Assembly (NCBI GenBank): GCA_002633005.1
Contig: NMRA01000027.1
Coordinates: 1,545,490 to 1,609,489, forward strand
Direction of reading: 5' to 3'
DNA: 64,000 bases
Source: Phoronis australis
Taxonomy: Eukaryota; Animalia; Phoronida
The notes below the pieces were generated by a model that saw only the letters and a program-made list of their open reading frames with translations, had not been told where the DNA came from and searched no databases. This document shows positions 1-13,900 of the stretch, one piece after another. A program made the position numbers and the translations under genes. The number at the start of each line of letters is the position of its first letter. Within the stretch, counting starts at the first letter, position 1.

Positions 1-459
1 GTGAGACTCCATGGCGGCGACATCCCGTTGCTCCCAACTTGTTCGCTTGTACAGCCCAACAACAAGTTGGGAAGTTTACCCCCCGTAGCCAATTAACTCC
101 ATTCTGGCGTTGATGGTTGGAGGGAATGCGCTCTTTTGTTTGATAATTGCTCTAATCTCCGATCAGATCCTATCTAGCCTGACAGGGGTGGGTTGATAAA
201 AATGTAAGATAAGACAGATATTATCGCACGTTCAGCACCCCTCACATCTGGAAAAGTTACTGAACGACAGGACGCTGTAATGCGGTCCTGGCGGGCGTGA
301 TCATGATTTACGTTCCTTTTGACGTGCTCAATTATGGCCCTGGACCCGGTGGTCAAAATGTTATACCACGTATAAGGCCCGTAGGAAGGCAAAAATTATT
401 GGGGGAGCACAAACCATTTCAACGTCTCCAAACCACTTCCCCATGGTCACCACCTCTTT

Positions 460-2313
460 GACGGGTAGTTCAGTTTCTTGTGGCTGGGGAAAAGGATATT
501 GTGTCCCAAAAATGTGCACTTTTCGTCCAGAACGCCTGGAGTTCAAATTCAGTTCCCGTGGATCACTGAGATTCTGCGCGGGCCAACTGCATTGTTACAT
601 CTCACTTTAACGTGGGTACGTCAGTCAAGACGTGCACGCGAATCGGGGCAAGCAGCCATGAATTCCGTTTTCAAGAACAAAAATTCATTACTCAATACTA
701 CTGGAAACTAAAAACACCAAACGCGTGCAAAGACTACCTTTCCAAGCTTTAAGTTTAATTTTATTTATTTAAGGCTTTTTAAACCTTATTTCTATCTACG
801 GTTTGTGTGTCCGAATTCCATCAATGTGTTTGAGAGTTATTTTAGATATGCAAAAATCGTCTAAGTGTACTTTACTATTTGGGGATCGGATTATTGAGTT
901 CTTTCCAACTTCAGGCTGCAATTAAATTCCCTGAAACATCATCAATTCTTACAAGATTAGTTTCTAATTGTCAAGAATATTTTTTGAATCTGTCGATTTT
1001 CGTAGATACGTAAACAAGTATATCAGAAACCAACGAGTTGTTTATCAAAACAGAATGTTTTCCTTATGGATGCTCGAAGACTTTTGACGGGTAACCGGGG
1101 GAATTCATATTAAGGTGTATTTTTGCTCATTTCAGAGGTACCTATAATGGTTTACAATGTAGACTTGGACTTCACTAACAAAATACGGTGAAGCCTTTGT
1201 TTATGATTGCGAGAGTTCTTTGAGTACCCCTTTCGACATGTATGAACACCATCATTACAAGCAGTAGCTCAGACAGCAGTGTTTTCCACATGTGGGAATT
1301 CCTTACAAACATCTCAACCATTTTCAAACGAGAACTATTCTTCTGATACTAGGGGAAACAGTTTCTGTAACAAAGTTATTTTTTAACTAATAATCGGAAA
1401 TAGTCCTTTTGTGTAATTCACACGTAGTGGTCTTCACATTATTCAAAATTCCACCCTTTCCGTGGCGGCCATCCTAATGTATTTTTCACATTTTGGTTGT
1501 TTGGGTCAGATGGCTGTGCTGTGATGAAATTGGAATCTTAACTTCCCTCGTGAATACCGGTACTTGGCAGTGTAGGATTTACATATATTGAGGGACATTT
1601 TCCCCCGAACTGCTCCACCGAGAGAGGGTACCGGTACCGTCTGAAATGGGACACCTTAATAACTAAGCTTGGAAAAAAGAGTGACAGTTCATTCCGCCGT
1701 AGTGTGGTCCCAAAACGATGCAGGGAGTGACCTCCTTCAGCATGAAATCCGGTTGCACGATTTCACCAAAACAGGAGAATAGCGTCAGCGGCCCCTTAAG
1801 AATGTGTCAATAAAACACAAAAAGGTGGCCACTTGAATGTCATCTATATTTCCAAGTATCGGGAAATGCACAGCAATTGATGTTATCTGTCAGGTCACCA
1901 ATTTTCTCAAGTAATATGCAGTTTCAAGAAAAAAAATAAAGCGAAAGTTGTCTCCGTTATCTCTTGCCAGAGAGGGACCTCTGGAAAATTTTATTAATTT
2001 TGCATTCACAAAATTGACGTACATGTATTGAATTTAAACATCCGGTAAATCAGTATGCTGCACAAAAACTTCGCTTTACAAATTAATGTTCTCGATTTTT
2101 CGAAATATCATGTGTGCGTTTAAACGACCTCTGCTGCAAAAGCGGAGACCCTAGCGACAATGTCCTGGCCAGGGTCCTCAAAAGGTAATTGCCAAGCACT
2201 GATGCAGAGTTGTTAAATGTTCTCTTGAATATTTTCTCTTATCCGTATTTCGCAGGCTTTCTTTTTCGACAGTCCCAGGCCCCACGCCTATGTTGATTGC
2301 CACGGTTTAACCC
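460..2313 (+). repeat. Interspersed repeat, about 1.85 kb; inverted, diverged copies at 52241-53639 and 51170-51935
   Basis: Blocks match the distant copies as reverse complements. gtggatcactgagattctgcg (about 558) vs cgcagaatctcagtgatccac (about 53524); tgtcctggccagggtcct (2161) vs aggaccctggccaggaca (about 52375); ggccccacgcctatgt...ccacggtttaaccc (to 2313) vs gggttaaaccgtgg...acataggcgtggggcc (from 52241). No coding signature or clear termini recognised. Confidence 0.8.
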
Positions 2314-3335
2314 AGTGACGCGACCCGTGCCCCCGCCCCCCGCTTCCTCTACGGCCCTGCAGCAATGACGTCGTTTTATCACGCGTCACGCTGTAATTGG
2401 TGAACAATAAACCTGATGTCAGCGCAACAATTAGACCAGCGGATAATTTTGAAGTTTTATGTAACCCAGCCCTGATGTGATGAATTATAGGTCCTGGCGT
2501 GATAAATTCTGGTCTTGGGTATATGTTTTGGGTCTTGCAGAGATTGTCATTCTTGAATGGAAAATTTGTGTCCTGCATTTTTTCTGCTTGTACTTTCCGT
2601 AACCACACGTGTTCTAGATTTTTTCAGCTTGGCCTTGTAACTAACGGAAACGAAAGGTGAAAATCTAAACACTCAAGAATTAAAAGCATGTTACTACTCT
2701 GCACGACCATCAAAAAAGAACACTCCGGCCAACCCGCGATCCAGAACGCGCGCGAAATGACTAGGCGATCGAGAACGAGACCTTGCACCAAACCTGAATG
2801 GCAGACGACAGTGACGTACCCGGTGAGTTTAAGTGTCATTTTTTTATAAATAGAGGCTACTTTGGTACGAATGCAACACACAGAAAAGCTTCAGAGTGTA
2901 ACCTTTGTTGTGGATCTGAAAATATACTTGGATTTTGCTTATGTTTTAAAATAAAGAGCTTATAGAAACTTAATGCGGTTTCGGTAAATGGCCGGGCTTT
3001 GCGCCTCGTAATATTCGAGATATTTAACAATACAAGCAGGTCCTTGCGTGAGACAGCAATTGGGAACGAAGTCATTAATTCTATGGCGACGTGAACGCAA
3101 AAAAGCGACCGTGAACGCACAATTTTTTCTCTGCATTGTTCAAGTTAAGGTATTATGCCACTAATTTTAAATAATACTGAGCCTGAATTAGTTGATGGGT
3201 TGATTATTAATTATGTTTGATTGTTTTTTTTTTCACGATTTCTTTGTGAGATTTAGTCTAACAAACATAACTGAATGCGTTTGATTTTTTTCACTTGAAC
3301 CGTCTTTCAGGGTGTTAACGTTCTTGCCTTCAAAA

Positions 3336-3723
3336 ATGAGTAGTACAACTGTTGCATGTCACAAAGGAGTGTGTGTGTGTTGTGGAGCTTCGTTCAGGTA
3401 CTAAGAAATCGACTTAGTATGACCACATGGCAATAAAACACAGTGACACTACAGCAAGCAAGACCTTTTCCAGCCCTGTGATTAATGCGTTGCATGCCTC
3501 AAGACTTTTAACGATATAGGAAAACACAGCATGAAGCATCGTGCTCAGGAACCAGGTCGATTAAGTGTTCTATCTGTGACCAATGTCACAGAAAGAGTTA
3601 GCCTGACGCGACACATTAATTGCGTCACAGCACCAGGACACTCCTTTTTGTGGTGAATGTGGCATGTCATACACACAGTATGCCTCCTTCTACAGGCATA
3701 AGAAGCAGAAACGTCATGAATGA
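3336..3723 (+). pseudogene. Decayed small C2H2 zinc-finger gene (about 4 fingers)
   Basis: aaaATG at 3336 follows an acceptor-like tctttcag (3310). Translation across frameshifts and stops gives CVCCGASFRY..DHMAIKH, CLKTFNDIGKHSMKH, KCSICDQ..SLTRH, and an intact last finger FCGECGMSYTQYASFYRHKKQKRHE* (3646-3723). Confidence 0.7.
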
Positions 3724-6700
3724 AATCATTATTAAGTCCAGTGGTGAAGGTTGTTAAATCACAATAGTTTATTCAGATTTACAGAGTTTATGATTGGTAG
3801 TTGTCTGTTGTGACAGTTTTTGACGTTTTGTCTTGAACTTTTTTCCACAAGTTTCTTTCTATATTTGTGTTATTTCAACAGGATCTTTAAAAGAACCAAT
3901 GCATTTTTGCAGTGTTTAGGTAGATTTAAATGGTCATACTAAGTGTCACTGGACATTAATTACATACAATTGCTCTGAACAATTGGCATTTTAAAAGAAA
4001 TTACATATCTATGATTATTGTAGACATTGCTTTCATATTGTTGTTGATTTCTTGTGGGAGACTGTTATCCTATCAATCAGTCCGAAATACATTGTCTATG
4101 ATTCAGTGATGATTTAGTCTAATACACTCCAAAACTAAATCGTAGGAAGTAATAATGTATTTGTAATATTGATTATGCCTACCCTAAAGCAATATTTTAC
4201 ATAATTTTGTATGACCAATTTTGAGTTATGTGTGATAAAAGATTAATATTATATTAGAAATGCTATATTATTGTTGTTGATTCCCAAGTTGTGTAAATCA
4301 CTACAGTGTGTAGTTGAAGTGATGTTAAAGACAGCATGTTGACTACGTTTTGAGAAAATCACAATATAGTACCTGTATTATAACTGTTTCAATTTTTTCA
4401 ATGCCACATTAAACTGGAGATCATAAACTGAAGATGGATCATGAACTTAGGACCAGGACAACAAAACAGAAGAGTCAAACATAACCTACATTCGAGCCAC
4501 ACTGGTACCACAAGTCAATCTGTTCATCTCTGTATCGATGATATCAGTAAAACATCAAGTAAAATCCCACTGGTTTTATCAGCCCATCAGTTTACACAAC
4601 TTCTGGCCAATTTTTGGATCCCAGACGTTCATGTGTTGGAATCTTTGAATCATCTCGTGAATGGTGCTGCGCACTCCTCTCTCTCCGCAAGCTCATAATC
4701 ATTCTTTGACTTCACTGCTTTTTTGCTTTTTGCTGTCACAATTTTGAAAGAAGATTCGACACTCGCTTTCATTTGCTGCAACAATTTTTTTACCCGTGGC
4801 TGACACGCCACGTGGAATAATTCCTGTGTGAGTTATCAGTTTAGAACCTCTTGTTCCCAGTGGTTTCATCTAAAAGTAGATGTCCGCAGTTCAAAACCCT
4901 GATAGGGTGTACTTTCATATTGGAAGTAAAACAAAGAAAATTCATCAAATTTACTCACCTTAATTGCCTCACTGGCTTCTCTTCTCGCGCCAACTATAAA
5001 TTTCGTTCTCAATCGCCTTCCGGGCGCCTTCTCCGCCATCGCGGGTTGGCCGGGTGAAGAATTCATAACCAGAGCTTTCACTTACTCAAGAATACAGTCC
5101 AAAACGAAGTTTCACTCTGGAAGACCAAAAAACAACTCAAGAACAAAATTTATTAGATCAGAACCTAAAAGTTATGACGTCAAAAATTAAAATCGATCAG
5201 TCAAGACCGCGATAATTTGTGACGTCAGGACCGAAACAATCGCGGATTTAGAGGGGGGCCATGGGATCCGCCCCTGCGAAGTTTAACACTCCTGGAAATT
5301 TTCAGGACGGATTCATGCCAGGAGACCACGTGACACAAGGGCTAAGCGTTAGTTCGACAATTAATGTCGCTCCGCACCATCACAGGCGGGCCGGGGGCTA
5401 TAGCTCCCCACGTGACTTTTTTCAGTGCTGCGCCGCCCGGCCATATGTCACATTGTCGTGACGAGGTTGAATTTCAAATGTCTCTTCTACCTTTTACAAC
5501 AGAAGCCAATGTACACGTGGACACACTAGACTCAACTTAGGAACCATCTGTTAGGCCTATTGGTTCACAGATTCAATTGTAACGATCGGCCGTCCCTCGC
5601 GGCCATCTTGTTTCTAGTGAGTGACGTCCCACACGTTCGCCTAATGGTCACATGCATGCGTCGCGCTCTAACACGTTATGAATTTTCGATCCTAGCGTGT
5701 CAAAAATTGACCCGACATGATAAATTTTGGTTTTGTGTACTAGGTCCTATAGTTTTTGGTACTGCATAGATTTTAAATCTTGAGCAGAAAATTTGTGTCC
5801 TGGATTTTTTCCGCTTTGGCTTTTCGTGGCGCGAAAGGATAAAGTACATGCAGGGTCTCCCACTCTAAGCCCTAGTCAGTTTTGCATGATCCCTCTTCAG
5901 TTCTGCACTTGTCTCACTAAAACATTCAAATGCTCATCTATGGGAAAGACATGCTGACGTTGACCCATCAAGCGATTTCTCAAAAACAAATATGAACTGC
6001 GACCTCAGCAACCAGATATTGACGAACGCTGAAATCGAATTTGAACCTTCTCCATGAGTCACCCCCCTTGAAGGTCGCCAGTCGATGAAGTTCAAAAGTC
6101 CAGCTTAGTGGTCAAAGACATCTCCGACCCTCGGTGACTGAAGACGCTGAGGTAACAGACCCCAATATACCACACGAGGTAAGAAGTATATGGCTAATGC
6201 TTTTCACTTTGAAAAATATGACGGAAATGAACCGGGGCCGGAAAGTTAGAATACGACTGAAAACTGTATAATAACGTGATCATTGTTGGCTTAAAGCCTA
6301 TTCCCAAAAGATATCCGGACCGACGGATGTAAATTGTTGCGTCGACTTAACTATCAAAATCATGTTTCATTTCGGCTAGGGAACGACGTGGTATTTTGAA
6401 ATGCGCGTACTTCTTTCAGTCATAGATGGAATTCACTTTATCTCCAGGCAGTCGCGATAGTCCTTGGCCACCAGTGTAACGCCTCAGTGGCGGATCTAGG
6501 ATACCATCAGTGGGGGCAACGTGTTGCCTCGGGGGCTGAATTGGGCAAAGCGCGATTGCATTTACACAGGCTAAATGTTGCGGGGGCAGAGGATGTGGTC
6601 CTTTCGGTGAGCTATCCCCCCCCCCTCATCAACCGGTATCGGTTCTAGTTGATTAACTCACGCTGTTGCTATTTCACTTTGCTTGCCGCAGGGCCCCCCT

Positions 6701-7108
6701 ACCTATATCCCCCTATGGTTTAGTGTCAATCTAGCTAAGCTCGGCAATCTCCCGCAGATTGAGTTCCATCCCGATGGGGCGATCGATGTTTACAGTAAAC
6801 GTAAACGCTAACGCCCCGCCGTCAGTCTCGACAATAATCTATTTTTCTACTGCAAACTCATCGGATCGGCATTGGAGGATTTATGTGACAAAGATATCAA
6901 CACCTATTTTACATTCAACGAAAGTGATAGATTAGCGCACGTCCACATCAAAATTTCATAGAATCCCTAATGCCTCCTCAGGTTCAGTTTAAGTCGTTAG
7001 AATTAAAGTCAAAACTACATAGTACGCGGGCCAAAGTCACTCGACCAACAATGTCCAATTAAAGTCTTCACATCAATCAACGTCAAACACATTTCACTTT
7101 TCAGAAAA

Positions 7109-9697
7109 ATGTCTCAAAATTCAGACACTGAAGAACAAGGCGCCTCCAGCCTAACATCTGACGCCTCAGGAACGGATGTCATTGACAAAGCACTACTGGA
7201 AAAGGCCTTTAGAGAGGCGGAGAATCGTGACGACATCACAATCGACCACTTTTCCGTCTCGAAAGGGTCGACATTTGGTGAGCACCTGCATGATAATAAT
7301 ATCTTTTCAAACTTTGGGGAAAATAGTACTTAAAATTGTTATGCCTGTCGCAGTTTAAAGCTGGCGTGAAGTTTAAATCCGTCCCTAAACATAACTTGAT
7401 TTAGACCACTGGTCTTAAATTGTTTCTTTGTTGGATTGTTAGTCCTAGAAAGAACTGGCAGCTCGCTATTGTTGTTTTTTTTTTTGGTACGATAAGCTAA
7501 CTAATTACACGAGCTCTCAAGGTACTAACAACTTCATATTAAGCTTAGGATATTCTCATGAGTGAAAAAGAAGAGACTGGCTACTTTAGTGACGCCAAAC
7601 GGCTTAAATGAAAATTAGTTTTTTGACAGATAAGGTATTTAGAAGAGCCTTTATCCGAAGACCAAAGGTATTTTTTCTGGCATCATAAGTTCTGTGACTT
7701 TTAAAAATAGACGAAATTCCGTTTATTCTTTTTGTACACTACAAAGCCACAGTGCCTCTGACGGTTTTTCTTCTCGTATTATAATCTTAAATTATATGCT
7801 TAAACCCTTTAAATGATCATGACGTTCGGGTAAAGCAAAGACCGAGATGAGGTGGCTTAACACGTTATACAATGTACGGTTGGTCTGCAACCATACACTG
7901 TCAAGATTTGCTCTTGTGATGGCGCAATGTGTGATTAGGGTTCAGACCCTTATGCAAATGTTTGCTGAACAAACAATCAATATTAGCATGCCGGGAGCCG
8001 TATATCATGGCACTTCGCAAAAATTGACAACCATCAGATTCACTGATCAAGCTGACCATCTTCGCCACAAATTGTTCGTAATTAGCACTAATTGTCGCAA
8101 TTGTTTATCCGCCCTGGATCGGTCGAAAGACTGGCTACTCCAATATAAAGTTGCACGTGAATACGACGTGTCCTAATGAAGTGTAGAAATCAGAAATTAC
8201 ACTTCGGCCATTGCTGGATGATGCATGCAAGTGTTAGAGGCCGTCTATCACTGAGATCTTGAGCGCAGCAAATTACTGACCCTAATGTTGTAACATTGTT
8301 GCGATTGCCGCTTCAAAAGTTTATTGCTTAAGTTCCATCAGTTGGTGCTCCTGAAGATTCAGTCTTTTTCTTTTCTGAAAAGAACAGAAAGTTTCTCCCT
8401 AGTCTCTGAATGCCTGAATTCAACATTCACTTGGCGAACTGTTGTTTCACCTACGCCACTTATGTGAATTTATTGGGTATGAAGTACCGTTTAATAGATT
8501 GTTTAACTTGCAGGCGACGGTTTCATGTCGACCGTGTGGTCTGTTCAGGTCCAAGCGCAGTACGGGTCCGACAGCAGAACGGTCCCAGTGATCGTTAAAA
8601 TCATGGCCGACAACCCGGCTATCAAAGATCTGGCTTTAAACGCTGGACTGTTTAAAAAGGAAGTTGGCTTCTACGATACAGTACTCCCTTCCTTGATCAA
8701 GTTTCAAGAGAGTCGCCAGGTGTCGCCCCGGATGCCATCCGTGCCCAAGTTCTATTTTGGTTTCGAAAATACAACTAACAAAATAGGAGTGGTAGTCATG
8801 GAAGATTTGCGTGACAGTGGATATAAAATGGTCAACATTAAAGAAGGTTTAGATTATGATCATTGTCGACTGGTTGTCGTTGAGCTGGCGAATTTACATG
8901 CGTTGTCGTTTGCCTTAAAATCAGAACAAGAGAATTTTATAGAGAAGGAATTTGGAGAGCTCTTGGACGATCCGATGTTATCGGATCACATTGAAGCTGC
9001 GTTTAATTATGAGGAAATATTGAGAGCAGCACTGGGTAAAGCTTTGGGTTTTTTCAATACCCTGGACACTGTTGATGAAAACGTAAAATCCAAAGTGAAA
9101 GTAATGTTTGACGAAATCATAGAAAGTGGTGTCCACCAAAATGTCATTAAGAAATACCTAACTCTGCCAACGAAACCCTATGGCGTGATTTGCCATGGAG
9201 ACACGTGGAGTAACAACATGATGTTTCGTTATGGGAGCAGTGACGTAGGTTCTCCAGAGAAGCCAGTGCAGGTGAAGCTACTTGATCTTCAATGTATACG
9301 CTACGCACTACCGACCACCGACTTATCGCTGTTCCTATTCACGTCTGCCAAGCCTAATGTAAGAAGAAAACACTTAAAGGATCTTCTAAAGCTTTATCAC
9401 AAAACCTTTACGGAGACTTTACGTCACGTGAAAGCTCCATATCCGGAATTCACCTTCGAAGTTTTTTACGAAATGTTCGTGAACACGGCGATATGTGGAG
9501 TAGTGATGGCATGCGATATACTGCACGGAGTACTCGCCGACGACGACGTAATACGTGATTTAGAGAGGACGGAAACTTCCGACCAGTTTGCAGATTTCAT
9601 CCATAAAATGTCGTCCAAGTCAAGCGGTGCTGTTTTGGCTATTATGAAAGATCGCATGGGCTCTATAATTGAAGACTATCTTTCATTAATAGATTAA
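7109..9697 (+). CDS. Ecdysteroid kinase-like (EcKL/DUF227, choline-kinase-like) protein, about 450 aa; join(7109..7277,8514..9697)
   Basis: Donor TTTG|gtgagc at 7278 and acceptor ttgcag|GC at 8513 give a phase-1 join reading SKGSTFGDGFMSTVW. Motifs: VIVKIM, LFKKEVGFY, VVMEDL, LANLHALS, Brenner motif CHGDTWSNNMMF, LLDLQ, PTTDLSLFL. The ATG sits 4 nt after an acceptor (ttttcag, 7104), implying an upstream non-coding exon. Confidence 0.93.
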
Positions 9698-10972
9698 CCA
9701 CCCTTAAAGCCGCAACTACGCACACTTTCAGTCGACAGTTCCATTGGCCATTATTTTGTGGACAAATGTTTCACTCCACTTGAAGTCCACATGTGAGATT
9801 TAGTTTTAAAATAGGAGAACTTGACACCAAGATGATTTTAATATCGTTTGCAATTAGATTACACCTATTAAGCGGTTCGGAACTGATGCAAAAGCAATCG
9901 TAGTAAAATGTCAGAGAAAGAAGGAAATCATGTTTTTCTCATTGGTCGAGTAGCCCCACGGCGTTAAGTCCATCAGATTTTGTGATATTGAACTAATCTG
10001 CAAATACATTGGATACATGAAAAACAATGTGTTGATTGGATAACTCAAATGATTTTTTCAAAATCTGTATGCATGTACCGGATTTTTGTGCTGCAAGACC
10101 CTAGAGCTTCCAGGCCCTGCAAATAAGGCCGAGGACGTTTATTGGGAAAATATGCTTTGTTGAATCGTCAATCTTTCCCCAATTTGATGAGATGCGAGCA
10201 TCATAAGCGCAAGCATGGATATGTATAGAGTAACTCATTTTCTGTTTGCTCACAAGCTACACGTCGGGCCGCCAAGGGGACTACAAGGTGTACCAACAAT
10301 GTAGCCAGTGAGCGAATATTTGTCACATCCAAGTAAACTTGACCAGAGCTTGTTTGCTGAGAACTCCGGTATAGGAAATTCTTGTTTTTCTGTGCCCTGG
10401 CCCTCCTAACTCAAAATCCTGGATTCGTCCCTGCTGATATTCATTTAATTCTGTGTCGTTCCTTGTTTCTTTATTTTCGTTGTTTTAAAGACTACTTACA
10501 TGAAAAGAGTTCCCACCAAAAAGAATTTTATTTATACATCATAAGGAGTTTAGCAACCTTTAATACACTTGTTGCTAAGAAAAAAGCCACAAATTTAAAA
10601 ATATATGTTTTTCTGTCATTGTAATGGATCGTTCGTAATGGGTGGAGAATACCTTCTCCACCATTATTGTGCGATACTGAGGACTTGTGAGGAAAGCCCG
10701 CGGAAAGCCACCTTTTTCAGACATTATGACAAATTAAAGATGCTCGAAAGTATTTCTCTGAAATTGGCGTGAACGAAACTCGGAGTATAAAAATACTTTC
10801 AACCTGATGGGAATAAATGAACGCGTCACGCAATTGTCATAAGAGCGCTAAAACATAGTTCGGCGGGCAATGTCGGAAGGACATCTGTGAACAACATCTC
10901 CAGACGTGACCCTCTTGCGAGGGTTGGTAACCAGGCAACCTGCTTCACTCGAATCGTGAACTATTCGGGTTT

Positions 10973-13900
10973 ATGAGTCCCGCGACATCTTCAAAAACTC
11001 AAAACAAAACATTCGTCACTGAGCCCGCTGAACTAGTTCTTCTCGGTAACAGATACGAACTAACTAAAGTTCTCGGGGAAGGTTCATATGGAAAAGTTCG
11101 GTATGTCGTTATTCACTGAAAATAATAATTCCATAGTACGAATTTTAGTACAGAGTGGTTCAGTCAAGCATATTCTAAAATGATTCCATGTCAGCATGAC
11201 ATCATTTTTTAAAATAAGCAAAACTTAATGTAGAAATTCGAGCTGTATGTTTAGGTTTCTGATGGTGCGCCAACAAATGGCCGCTGATGTTGAGTGACAC
11301 ATTTTTTTACATGTAGATACGGAAAATTTAGGGTTAAAACAGAATTACTTTAGAGCACGGATGACCCTATTTTAACTCGATTCTTACGACGAGGTTCATT
11401 CTTTGTTCTAAACTGTTAAAATCAAGAAAAGATGTTATAGTAAATTTTTCGTTCACAAAACGATGTAGGCTTTTCTAGATCAACACCTTCGCGTAAACGC
11501 CATCTTTTCTACTGAATCGCACCTCTACCGATTACTAGTTTTAAGTTCTAGGCTCATGGAGCGAAACTGCTAAAGCCTAGTACATGTATCAGTGAAAGGC
11601 GACTGTTTATCTCCGTCGCCTTCGACATAGCTTCCAGTCATCACCCCCTACCCCCGATTTATCTCTCTATTCTAGTTTACTATTTACGGCCCGCGGATAT
11701 TTATGACTCCTTAAGAAGTTGCGATGGTTTAACAGACGATCAGTTAAGGCAACTTCCGAAAAACTTTACATAAAATCTATACTGTGCGAGATTACAAAAA
11801 AAAATCTGACCATGTCAAGCTAAAATGGCAGATCCTAAAAGTTTAATTTAACTACAGTGTAACTGTTATTTAGCAGAATGACAAACAAAACTTCGTCGAT
11901 GTTGCAACATGGGTTGTGATAAGGCAACCTGTTTAAAGCTTTCCAATTTGTCAAGTCGATTTTAGTCCCTGTTGCACCAGGGAAGAGCTTCGACGATGCA
12001 AGAATATTGCCAATCAAGCTTGACATTACTGTGTGCGGTATTTCTAGATGAATTGCATGATTTTCCGTTCCCGCGAGATTCTCGCTTCTACGGAGCGCAT
12101 GCCAGGACTGACTCTCTTTTGATTAGCTCTCAACTCTCTTAAATTTGCTAGCTATAGTAATGTAAAATTCAACGCAGATTTAAGACTTTTTTCTGGGACG
12201 CCAAAAATGTTGGTAGTCAAAACCCGTCCATATTATCGACATATTCAGCATTGGCCAATATCCTACAGAACAGTAGATGTATTCGCAATGGCTAACAGTA
12301 CTGTATCACCATTTACCGTTTAAGACTTGCAACAGACAAAGATGGAAAAATTTCCGCCGTAAAGATCGTGTCGCGCTCGAATGCGCCAGAAGAGTTTCTC
12401 ACGAAGTTCCTGCCCCGAGAGCTGTTAGTGCTCGGCAAAGTCCGCCATCCGAATATCGTCGACTGCAAGCAAATTGTAGAGATTGGTGAAAAAGTTTGCA
12501 TATTCATGGAATACGTAGAGAATGGGGACTTGCTTGAATACATTAGGGTAAGAGAAAACCAGCAGGGGACTTTTAATAATGGCGTGATGTTTTTATTTTT
12601 CGTAGAATGGCAAGGTTAAATTTTACAGTAACAAAAGACTTACCGTTATTTGATAATTACACACACACAATATAATGCAATGTACAATGCACACACACTG
12701 ACAATATATCATTAGTTCTTTTTACGAAATGGTTTGTTTCAGGGCAAGGGTCCGTTATCAGACAACGAAGCTCGGCGCCTTTTTACTCAATTAGTTTCGG
12801 CTATTCACCATTTACACTCCCAGAACATCGCGCATAGAGATTTGAAATGTGAAAATGTTCTCTTGGACCGGTCGTTCAACATCAAACTGACCGACTTCGG
12901 ATTCTCTCGTCTCTGTATCAACGACAAAGGAAAACGAGTTCTCAGCGAGACGTATTGCGGAAGTGCTGCGTACGCAGCTCCTGAGATCCTGCAAGGCCAA
13001 CCATATAATCCTAAAATGTACGACGTCTGGAGTCTAGGCGTCATACTGTACACGATGGTGAGTGGGTGGGGGTATTGATGTTCATAAATCTATACTTTTG
13101 TGGTCGTCAGATATTCCAAAATGGCTGTGTTTGTCGCTGATTAAGACTCAGTGCCATCTTGCAGGCGAAAACATTGGCAGTATTTTGACAAATCTCATTT
13201 TTGAAGAAAACTTGATCTCACTGTAGATTTCTTTCTTAGAACTCTGGCCGTATTGTTTTTGAGAATAACGACACTAACATACATGTATTTTCGCTAGCTG
13301 GCATGCTGATCCCGGGAAGTTTCCGAATGTCCCTCTGTAGTCCATTTGGAAATCTAGACCAAAAAAGAGCGCACGCTACCGAGTTTACAAGTGGGCAGGC
13401 CTATCATACCAGATGATGAAAACCTTTACTCCGAGACAGTCCCCCGCCCTTCTCCCTCATCGTTTCTTATTCGTCAAAGACGACGATACCTATGTGAGTT
13501 TTAGGCACATCCCTGCTGAAGCTTCATATTTGAGAACCCTTGAGATTCTGATTTCTCCAACGATCGTTCATACTGAGCATTGTATATCCAAGGTTTGCGC
13601 ATCGATGCCTTACGACGACTCAAACATACGAAAAATGCTCAAAACCCAGTTAGAGAAGAAAGTAGGATTTCCTAACAGAATGAAAGGAAAAATTGGCGAT
13701 CTCTGCAAGAATCTCATTTACCACATGTTGACCGCGGACATAACGATGAGGGCGACGGTCGACCAGGTAACAACAACTCGAATTTTACATTCTTGTTACT
13801 TCAATTAAAACGCTGATTACGACTACATGAAGGTTTCGATTCTCAAATTTTCTTCATTCAAGGATGAATATTCAGTCTCCTTACAGGAAACCACCACATT

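Noticed and set aside
361-546. Small conserved protein pair with 53556-53786 (FGTxYPFPQP)
   Set aside because: Explained by DNA-level repeat homology; the frames diverge through indels, with no sign of coding constraint.
6485-6717. Complete MITE of the CAGTGGCGGATCT class
   Set aside because: Left terminus is clear, but the right terminus is degenerate and there is no TSD; noted only as a fragment.
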